A stretch of 64,000 nt of DNA from an uncultured Eubacteriales bacterium (GCA_900551855.1 URXM01000006.1:3185-67184); one strand, 5' to 3'. Numbered from the stretch's first letter, positions 39,762-49,295 are shown. Numbers and translations: made by a program. The notes: generated by a model from the letters alone, not told the origin.

Positions 39762-39820
39762 ACTCATAAAAATATGATAACATTTTTGCTCATAAAATGG
39801 CAAAGATTTAACGAAAAATG

Positions 39821-40819
39821 CTACAAAATCACCGTCTTACCACGAAAATTCGAAAAGCCAGTCAAAATTTCATACGGAATTGTTTCTATTTTATCCGCCA
39901 AATAATCAGCGTCAAACATGCACAACACTTTATCTCCAACTTTGACATTTCCATCAACCTTAACAAAAAAAGCGTCCATACAAATATTCCCAAAACTTTG
40001 AAAATACTGACCGTTTATTTGTACTTTAAATTTCCCACTCAAATTTCTTCTAAGCCCGTCTCCATATCCAACAGGGACTATCGCAAAATACCCGCCTCTC
40101 TTGACCTTGTATTTTTCTCCATAACCAATATACTCGCCCGATTTTGCATAAAAAACTTTGCTTACATAAGATTTTATTTTCATAACAGGTTTAAGCCCAT
40201 TTTGCCCATATCCATAAAGCCCAATTCCCAATCTTATCATATCAAACTCAAAAGGATAACTAGAAATTCCACTTCCACCAAAACAAATCATAGCGTTTTG
40301 ATTTATTTCGGATCTTAGCAACTGAAACCTCATATAGTTGCGAACAGTCTGTTTTTTATCTTCCAAACAATGAAAATGCGTGTAAATAGATTTCAATGTA
40401 ATGTTTTTCTCTTCAAGCAAATCATTAACAATCCTTGCATTTAAAACATTCCCAGCGCCAAATCTATTCATTCCACAATTTATTTTCAAATGCATGTTTT
40501 CCTTTAGTCCATTGTTTAAACATTTTTTGATGTCAACTTCATCTTCAATCATAACTTCCAAATTGTGTTTCCTGCATTTTTTGAAGTCGAAAACCTTAGA
40601 ACATACCAAGATCGGTTTTTGGCTTATCTTCCTTACCTCTACCCCTTCATCTACATTTGACACACCAAAATAATCTACTTTGTCATCAATCAATCTGACA
40701 ACATCTTTCAATCCATGTCCATAAGCGTTTGCCTTGACCATTGCACAAATTTTTTTTGAGTTGAAACAAGAAAGATTGAAAAATAAATTTTCTTTGCATA
40801 TCAATTTCAAATTTTTCAT
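39821..40819 (-). CDS. alr: alanine racemase (short form)
   Basis: PLP-lysine motif AMVKANAYGHG, plus the C-terminal GYGDG and ICMD motifs. Confidence 0.85.
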   Translation of the reverse strand: MKNLKLICKENLFFNLSCFNSKKICAMVKANAYGHGLKDVVRLIDDKVDYFGVSNVDEGVEVRKISQKPILVCSKVFDFKKCRKHNLEVMIEDEVDIKKCLNNGLKENMHLKINCGMNRFGAGNVLNARIVNDLLEEKNITLKSIYTHFHCLEDKKQTVRNYMRFQLLRSEINQNAMICFGGSGISSYPFEFDMIRLGIGLYGYGQNGLKPVMKIKSYVSKVFYAKSGEYIGYGEKYKVKRGGYFAIVPVGYGDGLRRNLSGKFKVQINGQYFQSFGNICMDAFFVKVDGNVKVGDKVLCMFDADYLADKIETIPYEILTGFSNFRGKTVIL

Positions 40820-40974
40820 AATATTTTATACATAAAATTTTTAAAAACTGTGAATAAATGTTTTAAAATAGTTGTGTGTTTTGTGTCGAAAAATAACACT
40901 ATTTGACGAAGAAGTGACGTCATTTTTAAGTAATTTTGCTTAAATTCTTGTAAAATTCCTTTAAGGAGGTAAAT

Positions 40975-41157
40975 ATGAGTAATTTGCCAAGATACACATT
41001 GAGAATTCCTAATTCTTTACAACAAAAAATCAAATACACAGCAAATTTTAATGGTAGAAGCAAAAATAAAGAAATTGAAACAGCAATAAAAAGATATATA
41101 AATGATTTTGAAAGATTGCATGGAAATATAGAAATCGACAACGAAGTAGAAGATTAA
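40975..41157 (+). CDS. Arc/MetJ-type ribbon-helix-helix DNA-binding protein (orphan)
   Basis: PRYTLRIPNSLQQKIKYTANFNGRSKNKEIETAIKRYINDF follows the beta-strand/helix/helix pattern of the phage P22 Arc family (...NGRS.N.EI...). AAGGAGG lies 5 nt upstream of the ATG. Confidence 0.7.
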   Translation: MSNLPRYTLRIPNSLQQKIKYTANFNGRSKNKEIETAIKRYINDFERLHGNIEIDNEVED

Positions 41158-41183
41158 AAATTTAAGTAAAATCAAATTTTTGA

Positions 41184-41212
41184 TTGACAAGAACGATAAT
41201 GTGTTGTATAAT
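41184..41212 (+). promoter_or_regulatory. consensus sigma-A promoter of tRNA-Lys
   Basis: TTGACA (41184..41189), a 17-nt spacer and TATAAT (41207..41212), about 40 nt upstream of the tRNA. Confidence 0.75.
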
Positions 41213-41251
41213 ACACATAGTTTTTTATTGGAGCAACAATAAAAAAGATAT

Positions 41252-41327
41252 GGGTTGCTAGCTCAGTTGGTAGAGCATTCGACTCTTAATCGAAGGGTCC
41301 GGGGTTCGAGCCCCCGGCAACCCACCA
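41252..41327 (+). tRNA. tRNA-Lys (anticodon CTT), CCA encoded
   Basis: The cloverleaf folds by hand. Acceptor GGGTTGC/GCAACCC, D arm GCTC-AGTTGGTA-GAGC, anticodon arm TTCGA-CTCTTAA-TCGAA, T arm CGGGG-TTCGAGC-CCCCG, discriminator A plus CCA. Confidence 0.95.
41317..41327 (+). repeat. left copy of the 11-bp direct repeat GCAACCCACCA (tRNA-Lys 3' end; attL-like)
   Basis: An identical 11-mer recurs at 49565..49575. The match extends to 15/16 if the next 5 nt are included (tacaa vs aacaa). Confidence 0.6.
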
Positions 41328-41404
41328 TACAATATCTTGTTTAAAGGAATTTTTTATAACTAATTTTTGATTAAAATAGTCTAATTAAAAATAAAAAATG
41401 TACA

Positions 41405-41449
41405 AAAAATAACTGGGGATTATTTATCATATATTTCCAGTTATTTTTT
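41405..41449 (-). terminator. terminator downstream of the helicase operon
   Basis: aaaaataactgg ... ccagttattttt with a 12-bp stem and a 21-nt loop. A T-run follows on the minus strand. Confidence 0.5.
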
Positions 41450-41532
41450 TTCATTTCAAAATCTTTCTTTATCACTTTTCTTTATTTATCATAAGATTTC
41501 AGCATAATTAAACTTTTCTCTAAAAATATATT

Positions 41533-44500
41533 TTATGACAATAACCATGTTAAATATTCCTTTGCCCAGCCTCTTGACATAGTATCATGATATGCTTGAT
41601 TATCATAATTTCTTAAACAACCATAACAACAAGTTTCTTCACCACAACCACATCTTCCATCTACTTTTCTTAATGCTTCAACTAAAATTTCTTTTATATG
41701 TCCTAACATTCTTTTTACATGTCCCGCTCCATTTGGAACAGTATCAAATAATGTAATACTAAAACCATTAGTATCTCCATTTTCCCATATGGCACCACCA
41801 ATTTCTCTTCTATCTATTTCCATAAACTTTGATGCTCCTTCAATTATAGCATAAAGTATAGACTCAAATTCTGCCATAGGATTTTTATATTGGGGCAAAT
41901 GCAAGACCAAAGCATCAGACATAAAATGATGCCCTAAATAACAACTCACTAACTTTCCTGCGCAAGGGAAATTGTTCGCAGTTCTATGCTCATGTGATAT
42001 TGTCCCATTTTTTGTCAAACTAAGTTGAACATAACCACATTTTTCACAAATATTAAATGCTAATCCTATATTTCTATTTTTAGAAGCATATTTCCCTCTG
42101 TTAATAACAAACATTTCTCCATGTGGAGAATAAATAGAATGTATAACTTTACCTTTTAAGACTATATCATTTTCTTCAATTTTAGCATTTTTTTCAAATC
42201 CATTAAAAAATGTCTCTGAAAAATATTTAACTTCATCTTTTAATTTTACAGATTCTTTATCAGAATCCTTTGTGATAAAACCAAATTGTGGAATAACCAT
42301 TTGCTTATATTTTAGTGTTCTATGACAGCAAGTTTGCTCTCTATTAAGACTTTCTACTCCTAGTGCTGTTTTATAAAAATATATTTTCCCACAACTTTCA
42401 CATATAGCAAAATCATAAGTAGGCCATTCTCTATTAGGTTGTTTCTTTAAAGCATAAGGTTTCCAAAATTTTCCATTTGCAACAACTTGACTCCCTGGAG
42501 CATATTCAGTAATCGCCATCCTCAAATCTCTGTTTAAATCTATTGAACTTTTAACAATATCACTTGTGTTCAAATCTAATGGAACAACATATACAGGGAA
42601 ACCATATCTTGGAAGAACATTATTTTCTGCTAAAAATGAAATATAATCTTTTGAATTATATGTTCCAATCAATTTTTTTAATTTTCCTGCTTCAGAATAT
42701 TTCTTTTCTGCAGAGTATTTTTCTTCTGCATTTGATAATTCATTCATGGAAGCTTCAAAATTATTGATTGCATTATCTAAACAAGCATCTTCATTATTAG
42801 GATTATTGTTATCAACCAATTTCTTAACAAATGACCAATCATTATCAACACCAAGTTCTTTCTTTATCTTTTCTGGAACAATAATATTGATTGATTTAAA
42901 AAGATCTTGTGGTTTTTTGCTCAAAATATTATATAATTCGATGTTCAAATTAGGATGGTTATCATGTGCCAATAAGTCTTTCACAGATTTAAAATTGTAT
43001 CCTATATAACTTAAATAACTAAAAATAACTGAATGAATGTGTCTTCTAACAAGATAGGCATTATTTAACTCTATATAAGGAGCCTGTATAATGCCATTAA
43101 TCATCTTGACAGGATCATTATAATAAGTTAAATCGTGTGATCTTCTCTTTGCAAAAGTTAATATAAAAGCAGCTGATGAACCTCTTCTTCCTGCACGCCC
43201 AGCCCTCTGGATATAATTAGATGTTTCTGGAGGAACATTTCTCAAAACGACAGACTCAAGAGAACCAATATCAACCCCCATTTCAAATGTTGTTGAACAA
43301 CTTAATATATTAACTTCATTTTCTTTGAAATGTTTTTGTAAATCAGTTGCTGTTTGACTTGAAATTTGTGCTGTATGCTCTTTTGCATTCATAGGAATTA
43401 GTTGAATATTTGAAAAACTTTGACGATAATAATCACCTCTATCTTCATTCTCGCTTATTTCAATTAAATTTCCATCGCAATTTGTCTTTGTACAAATCCC
43501 AAAAAGGTTGATTTTTACAGTTTCTCCACATTTATTGCATACATAAAGTTTACCCTTTTGTTTTTCAAAAGATATATTATCCAACCTTAACTGATAATAC
43601 CCATTTACTTTATCTTGAATTAAAATTGGTAACTTTACAACAAAATAATTTTCTTTAAATGATGTTGAAAGTTCATCAAGAAATTTTAGAGATTTTTCAT
43701 TGCTTTCTTCTTGATTAAGGCCTTTATGTTCAAAGAAATGTTGTAAATAGTTTAAACGACTATTTGTTCTTTTGTCAGAAGGCTTAAATCCAAAAACTTG
43801 ATAATCTTTTCCTCTCTCTCCTCCTTGAGTTTTAAAATATGCATTTCTATTTTTCGGTTCAAAAGCATCATCTGTTGGACTAACACCTTCTGGAAATTGC
43901 ACACAACCTTGTCTTCTTAAACTGTCAAACAACACATAAATTATATTAAGGAGCTCATCTTTTGAAATTTCATATTTGTTACAAAAATGATTAATAATTT
44001 GACTATCAATTTTATCCAAGGAATTTATTTTAATATTTATCATACCCAGTCTATTTAAAGACATTCTTGGATCCAATTCAATAATCTCTTGCATGATGTG
44101 TTGCTTAGCAATACTTTTTTTATCATCGTCATTATTTATATCATAGAATAATTTATGTTCATTTGCTATTCTGAAACATCTTTCTGATAACAAATTAAAA
44201 CTTATAGACTCTTCAGTCATATCTTTAATAACATTATAAATAATATTTTTCCACAACCAATCGTTATATCTGTTTTGTATAAAAATTGCAAATTTGGCAG
44301 CATCTTGCCTATTGTCTGAAAACACTAATAATTTTCTGCCATTTATAATTTCATCTTCTGAATTACATACACTTCCCCAAATGCTATCCGTTTTTGTTTC
44401 TTCCTTTTTAGTTTTTTCTTCAGGCAATAATTGGTAAAGTTTTCGTGTTAACATTTCTGTTGCAGAATCTTCACTAGTAGTAAGTTTTCTTATAGTTCCT

Positions 44501-46269
44501 TTATTAAACTTCCCACATTTATAGCAGTTATTTTTTCTTGCTTTTTTAGGAATTTTTGTCATTTTTATAAAGTTAGCAGCCTCTATTCCACAACAAGAAA
44601 TAGTATCTGGAATTTTTGCAGCAAAAAGTTTTCCACACTTAGGGCACATAACATATTCTTGCTTATCTTCTTTTGAATAAGAAAATTCATCTAATGAATC
44701 ATCTTCATCAATTGAAATCTCTCCATCTGATAAAGAAAGCATAAATAAATACTCATCATTATCTTCGGTTGGTATAAGATATTCTTCGCCATTTATCACA
44801 TCAACAGAACCAACTATATATTCTTGTCCACATTTCATACAATTTAATAATTCATAAACTTTATATCCATTATACTCTTTTTTCCTATTAGTAAAGATTT
44901 TTATATCATCAGCAAATGTAATAAATCCTCCTTCCAATGTCCTTGCAAAAACATGATATTTAGCATTTATTAAAGGATTCCCATCAGTTGGCGAAATCGC
45001 TTCTCCACATAGTTCAATAATTTTTGCTATTGTATCTTCTAAACCTGTATCTGTAATTTTTAAATCATTTTTTAATTCATCTGACAATTCTTGAATAGTT
45101 ATTGTTTTTTCCAAAATTCTTTTTCTTATTTCATAAACGAGTTTGTCTTTTGACAAAATATTATATAATTTTGAAGCCTTATCATCTTTGTTATAATTTT
45201 GATATTCAGAAAAAAGTTGTTGGTAATAAGACAAATCTTTAATCTGTCCAGAGACTTCCAATAATGGCAATCTATCAGATTGAATAATTGAATTTTTATC
45301 AAAATATTCATTAAATAAATCTTTTGCAAAATCTACAACTTTTTCAATTTCACCTTCTTCTCCACCAAGTGTAGCACTTGTCCCGATACAAGTTAAACAA
45401 TTATCAATTTTTCCAAAAACTGTTTCTTTCAATCGTCTTATCAACATCGCGACTTCTGTTCCATGTGCACCTTTGTATGTATGTGCTTCGTCTAAAACAA
45501 GAAATTTAAATTTGTTACTATACTTTCCTTTAAAAATTTTTTGGCTTGTTGCTCTTAAAAGCATATATTCTAACATTGCATAGTTTGTAATAAGAATATG
45601 TGGTGGTCGAGCTTCCATTTCAGCACGGGTTAACAATTCATTTTCTAAAGCATCGCTACCATTCACTCTTTTATATTCTTCATTCGCTTCTTTTCTTCCT
45701 TTTTTGATATTATCTCTATTGCCTTCTGGAGTCTCTCCAATATATCTGCCAAAGGTTATTTGTGACAAATTTTTTAAAGATTTCCTTAACCTCCCAATTT
45801 GGTCATTTGCTAATGCATTCATCGGATATATTAAAAGAGCTCTAACACCTGGTGATAAGGTATTATTATCAAATTCATTAAGCAATTCATTTATTATTGG
45901 TATAAAGAAGCATTCTGTTTTACCAGAACCAGTTCCAGATGCAACAATTATACTTCTGTTATTATTTACCAATTTTATAGCTTTTTCTTGATGATTATAT
46001 CTTTTATAAACGGCATATTCGTCATAAGTGAAAGCATTTTTAATATTTTTGTTTAACACACCTTCTTCAACCAATTCTTGTAATGTATGAGTCCCTTTAT
46101 ATGGCATTGTTGCCTGTATAAATGGTCCTTTTAGCAATTGACATTCTTTAGACAAAGCATCTTTTGCAGCTTTGTTTATTTTGTCATTTCTAAAGGTAAA
46201 CTGTGCGTCAAGAAAGTCTTTATATGCTTCGTTTAATTGGTTAAATGTTTTTATTGGGTCTAGTGCCAT
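41533..46269 (-). CDS. large DEAH-box SF2 helicase with zinc-ribbon insertions and a C-terminal DUF1998/MZB domain (DruE/MrfA-like)
   Basis: Helicase motifs are I ASGTGSGKTE, Ia LLIYPMNALANDQ, II LVLDEAHTYKG, III GTSATL, V TTFEMGVDIG and VI QRAGRAGRRG. CxxC pairs are CMKC, CPKC, CYKC, CNKC..C..C, CESC and CEKC. The C-terminus reads GRCGCGEETCCYGCLRNYDNQAYHD. AAGGAGA lies 7 nt upstream of the ATG. Confidence 0.9.
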   Translation of the reverse strand: MALDPIKTFNQLNEAYKDFLDAQFTFRNDKINKAAKDALSKECQLLKGPFIQATMPYKGTHTLQELVEEGVLNKNIKNAFTYDEYAVYKRYNHQEKAIKLVNNNRSIIVASGTGSGKTECFFIPIINELLNEFDNNTLSPGVRALLIYPMNALANDQIGRLRKSLKNLSQITFGRYIGETPEGNRDNIKKGRKEANEEYKRVNGSDALENELLTRAEMEARPPHILITNYAMLEYMLLRATSQKIFKGKYSNKFKFLVLDEAHTYKGAHGTEVAMLIRRLKETVFGKIDNCLTCIGTSATLGGEEGEIEKVVDFAKDLFNEYFDKNSIIQSDRLPLLEVSGQIKDLSYYQQLFSEYQNYNKDDKASKLYNILSKDKLVYEIRKRILEKTITIQELSDELKNDLKITDTGLEDTIAKIIELCGEAISPTDGNPLINAKYHVFARTLEGGFITFADDIKIFTNRKKEYNGYKVYELLNCMKCGQEYIVGSVDVINGEEYLIPTEDNDEYLFMLSLSDGEISIDEDDSLDEFSYSKEDKQEYVMCPKCGKLFAAKIPDTISCCGIEAANFIKMTKIPKKARKNNCYKCGKFNKGTIRKLTTSEDSATEMLTRKLYQLLPEEKTKKEETKTDSIWGSVCNSEDEIINGRKLLVFSDNRQDAAKFAIFIQNRYNDWLWKNIIYNVIKDMTEESISFNLLSERCFRIANEHKLFYDINNDDDKKSIAKQHIMQEIIELDPRMSLNRLGMINIKINSLDKIDSQIINHFCNKYEISKDELLNIIYVLFDSLRRQGCVQFPEGVSPTDDAFEPKNRNAYFKTQGGERGKDYQVFGFKPSDKRTNSRLNYLQHFFEHKGLNQEESNEKSLKFLDELSTSFKENYFVVKLPILIQDKVNGYYQLRLDNISFEKQKGKLYVCNKCGETVKINLFGICTKTNCDGNLIEISENEDRGDYYRQSFSNIQLIPMNAKEHTAQISSQTATDLQKHFKENEVNILSCSTTFEMGVDIGSLESVVLRNVPPETSNYIQRAGRAGRRGSSAAFILTFAKRRSHDLTYYNDPVKMINGIIQAPYIELNNAYLVRRHIHSVIFSYLSYIGYNFKSVKDLLAHDNHPNLNIELYNILSKKPQDLFKSINIIVPEKIKKELGVDNDWSFVKKLVDNNNPNNEDACLDNAINNFEASMNELSNAEEKYSAEKKYSEAGKLKKLIGTYNSKDYISFLAENNVLPRYGFPVYVVPLDLNTSDIVKSSIDLNRDLRMAITEYAPGSQVVANGKFWKPYALKKQPNREWPTYDFAICESCGKIYFYKTALGVESLNREQTCCHRTLKYKQMVIPQFGFITKDSDKESVKLKDEVKYFSETFFNGFEKNAKIEENDIVLKGKVIHSIYSPHGEMFVINRGKYASKNRNIGLAFNICEKCGYVQLSLTKNGTISHEHRTANNFPCAGKLVSCYLGHHFMSDALVLHLPQYKNPMAEFESILYAIIEGASKFMEIDRREIGGAIWENGDTNGFSITLFDTVPNGAGHVKRMLGHIKEILVEALRKVDGRCGCGEETCCYGCLRNYDNQAYHDTMSRGWAKEYLTWLLS

Positions 46270-46271
46270 TT

Positions 46272-49200
46272 TTATATCTCCTTTTTATATGATGATTGAT
46301 TTAACATTTCAGAAAGCAAAGCTTTTGAAAAATCTTTCAACAAATTTTTTATATATTTTGATACTTTTACAAATAAAGAAATATTGTTTTGTATATCGTG
46401 TTGATTTAATATCAAATCAACTATAATCATCAAAATTTGTTTTTCTTCTTTGAATTTTGAAAACTCAGGAATCGCTTTAATCTTCTTCATTTTTTGTTTA
46501 ATATAGTCAACATTATCTACATCTGGGAATAGATAATATTTTTTTGCCCACATAAAATTTTCTTTATCTGTAAAGGTGTCTAAAATTTTCAAATTGTTAT
46601 TTGTTATTTCTTCTAAAAGTTCAACATTATTTTTTAAACAAATATATACGATGTAAAGGTATTTATTATAGTCCAACAATTCTATAAAAACTCTTCTATC
46701 CATTAAATTTTCTTTTTTAGTTATTGGAACATATAGAAATAATTCATTCGTTATTTTATCAAATTGTTCTTTACTTAAATCATATTGAAACAATAGTTTT
46801 AATATAATCTCATCTCCAAAGTGAAATCTATTTTTAAAAATATATTTTAGTAAATATTTTATAACCTTCAAATATTCTTCGTTCGACTGAAAAAAGTTAG
46901 TATTAAATCTATAAAATAAATAACAATAAACAGCATTATTTAAATCATCTATGTTGTCGTCTTGAAATGCTAATTGTGAAAAATCATTATCTTTAACCCA
47001 CAAAATAGTAGTATTTTTGCTATCAATTAGATCTTTTTTCTCATTTGTCGAAAAAATACTATTTTCTTTATTACTTACTATTTCAACAACACAATTATCT
47101 ACAAGTCTTTCATCATTATCATCTATATAAGCCATTAAATTATCATCTTTAATTGGTATAGAAAAGAATTTATATGGCTTTGACAAATATCTAAAAACCA
47201 TTTGTCTATTTTTGCAAGAGCCATCTTCATCCCATTGAAATATATATGTATTGCCTAATTTATTTAAAAAAAAGTTTCTTATAGATATATTAATTCTAAT
47301 CTCGCAAATTTCACAAATCTTATCAAAATTTTCTTCAATTGAAATCAAACACGAATTCTCTCCTGAACATATAAATTCGATATATTCCACAAGATTAATA
47401 ACTGTTTTTGAAGATTTTCTTATTCTTAAGGATTTTTGATTAACATTGTTGTTAAACCTTACATATATGTCGGAATTTGTATTATTAGTAATAGTTAGAA
47501 GGCAATCTCCATCAATTTTTAAATCTTTAACTGATAAAAATGCTTTTTTATTTGGTTGTCCAAATAATTTGTTATTTGATTCAATTATCCATTTATATGG
47601 CTTAATAATAAATTTGAATTTATACTCCTTCTCATTATAAACATAATATCCGTTAAAAATATCACAAGAACTTGGTATATTTACTCTGTTTATTATTTCA
47701 TGATTGCTATCTAATATTTTACATTTATCACGTGATTTAAAAATTATATATGAATTTTTGTATCCACTAACTCCTGGATAATATTGACTAAAATCAATAT
47801 TAACTGCAGGTAAATATAAAAATTTAAATGTCTTATATCCAATCTCTGGAAAGTAAAATCTTAATCCTATTTTCCCAAAACTTAATCTTCCAATATAATT
47901 TGACATGTCAAAAACAAAATTTTCAATAACAACTTCTTCATCTATAATTTTATTTTCATCTACACTGATTTTTACTTGCCATTGACCGTTAAAAGGGACC
48001 TCTATTTTCGGCAACAAACTAAATGCTTCCAACCCTTCAAAATAGCAGTTATCGCTTATTAATTTGTTATCACTTATTAATTCAAAAGGTCTTTTAATCT
48101 TTATGTTAAAAGTATCTAGATTTGATTTAAATATAACTTCTCTTTTGTCAGTTGTTGGTGCTTGATAGTAAACATTGTAGCCATTATAAACGCCTATTAG
48201 TTCTATAGTATTGTCATCTGTTTTGTAATTTCCATCAAGTAAAATATATGCTCCATTGTTTAAAATAAATTTTGATTTGTTAAGTTGTCCAAAATTGTTA
48301 AAAGTTAAATACTTATCGTTTTTATCCTTTAAAGTATATTCGCATAATAGAGTGTTAATATCATTTAATAATCTTAATTTAATTTCATCAAATTGATTAA
48401 GAATTATGGTTGAAGTTCTAAAGAAATATTCATCGTTTAACTTCTCACCATAAATTTTTCTATAACCTACTTTATCACCACTATAAACTTCCCAAATACA
48501 AAAAGCAGTATCCTTCATTGTCATTTCAGGTGTATCTATAACAACTTTATTGCTATTTATATCAAATCTCAATGTTAGTTTTTTATATCTTGAAGATATA
48601 TATCTATTATCATTATCTTTTCTATTATTACACCAATTTATGATTCCTTTTTGAAAAGGTATTGGCAGGATTGAAGTTTCATTTATAATCTCAATTTTAT
48701 CTTTAATTGCACTAATAATTTCAAAAACAAAATCACTCAATAATCCATTTTTGTTTAATAAGTCAATATATCTTTTTACATTTTTAGTGGAATATCTAAA
48801 TACATATAATGTTTCATCAGCTAAATTATTATACGAAATTTCTTGTAACATTAATGGTTCTAAATTGTCCAAAAAATTATTAATAAGGTTATTTGGTAAC
48901 CCAGAATGAGCAATTATTGGAGCAAGATTTTTATAGCTATCTTCTTTTAAATTTTGAAAACTACTCAAATTATAAATGGAAATTGTTCTATCAAATGCTT
49001 TTATCAACAATTCTCTTTTGTTTGGTTGTGAGATATTTGTCAGTCTTTCTACAGCCTGCCAAAATCCACCTTCTCTATCATTATAAAAATATTTTGCAAT
49101 GCCAACAAGAAAGATTGTTATTGTTTCTTTTATATCATAGACTTGTTCCCATGACATATAATTTGCAATCTGAGATAATTTTTTACCAATCTCAATTGTC

Positions 49201-49295
49201 TCTTCTTGTGAAAAAAGCACCTTTTCAATCAACTCATAATTTTCAAGTCTTGAAAGTCTATCTTTGCAAATCTGGTTTATTTCTGCTAAATCCAT
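46272..49295 (-). CDS. 1007-aa protein of unknown function, first gene of the helicase operon (possible DruH-like partner)
   Basis: Long uninterrupted ORF. I could see no Walker, nuclease, HNH, PLD or TM motif. The ends look helical and the middle looks beta-rich. Its stop codon lies 2 nt before the helicase ATG. Confidence 0.85.
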   Translation of the reverse strand: MDLAEINQICKDRLSRLENYELIEKVLFSQEETIEIGKKLSQIANYMSWEQVYDIKETITIFLVGIAKYFYNDREGGFWQAVERLTNISQPNKRELLIKAFDRTISIYNLSSFQNLKEDSYKNLAPIIAHSGLPNNLINNFLDNLEPLMLQEISYNNLADETLYVFRYSTKNVKRYIDLLNKNGLLSDFVFEIISAIKDKIEIINETSILPIPFQKGIINWCNNRKDNDNRYISSRYKKLTLRFDINSNKVVIDTPEMTMKDTAFCIWEVYSGDKVGYRKIYGEKLNDEYFFRTSTIILNQFDEIKLRLLNDINTLLCEYTLKDKNDKYLTFNNFGQLNKSKFILNNGAYILLDGNYKTDDNTIELIGVYNGYNVYYQAPTTDKREVIFKSNLDTFNIKIKRPFELISDNKLISDNCYFEGLEAFSLLPKIEVPFNGQWQVKISVDENKIIDEEVVIENFVFDMSNYIGRLSFGKIGLRFYFPEIGYKTFKFLYLPAVNIDFSQYYPGVSGYKNSYIIFKSRDKCKILDSNHEIINRVNIPSSCDIFNGYYVYNEKEYKFKFIIKPYKWIIESNNKLFGQPNKKAFLSVKDLKIDGDCLLTITNNTNSDIYVRFNNNVNQKSLRIRKSSKTVINLVEYIEFICSGENSCLISIEENFDKICEICEIRINISIRNFFLNKLGNTYIFQWDEDGSCKNRQMVFRYLSKPYKFFSIPIKDDNLMAYIDDNDERLVDNCVVEIVSNKENSIFSTNEKKDLIDSKNTTILWVKDNDFSQLAFQDDNIDDLNNAVYCYLFYRFNTNFFQSNEEYLKVIKYLLKYIFKNRFHFGDEIILKLLFQYDLSKEQFDKITNELFLYVPITKKENLMDRRVFIELLDYNKYLYIVYICLKNNVELLEEITNNNLKILDTFTDKENFMWAKKYYLFPDVDNVDYIKQKMKKIKAIPEFSKFKEEKQILMIIVDLILNQHDIQNNISLFVKVSKYIKNLLKDFSKALLSEMLNQSSYKKEI

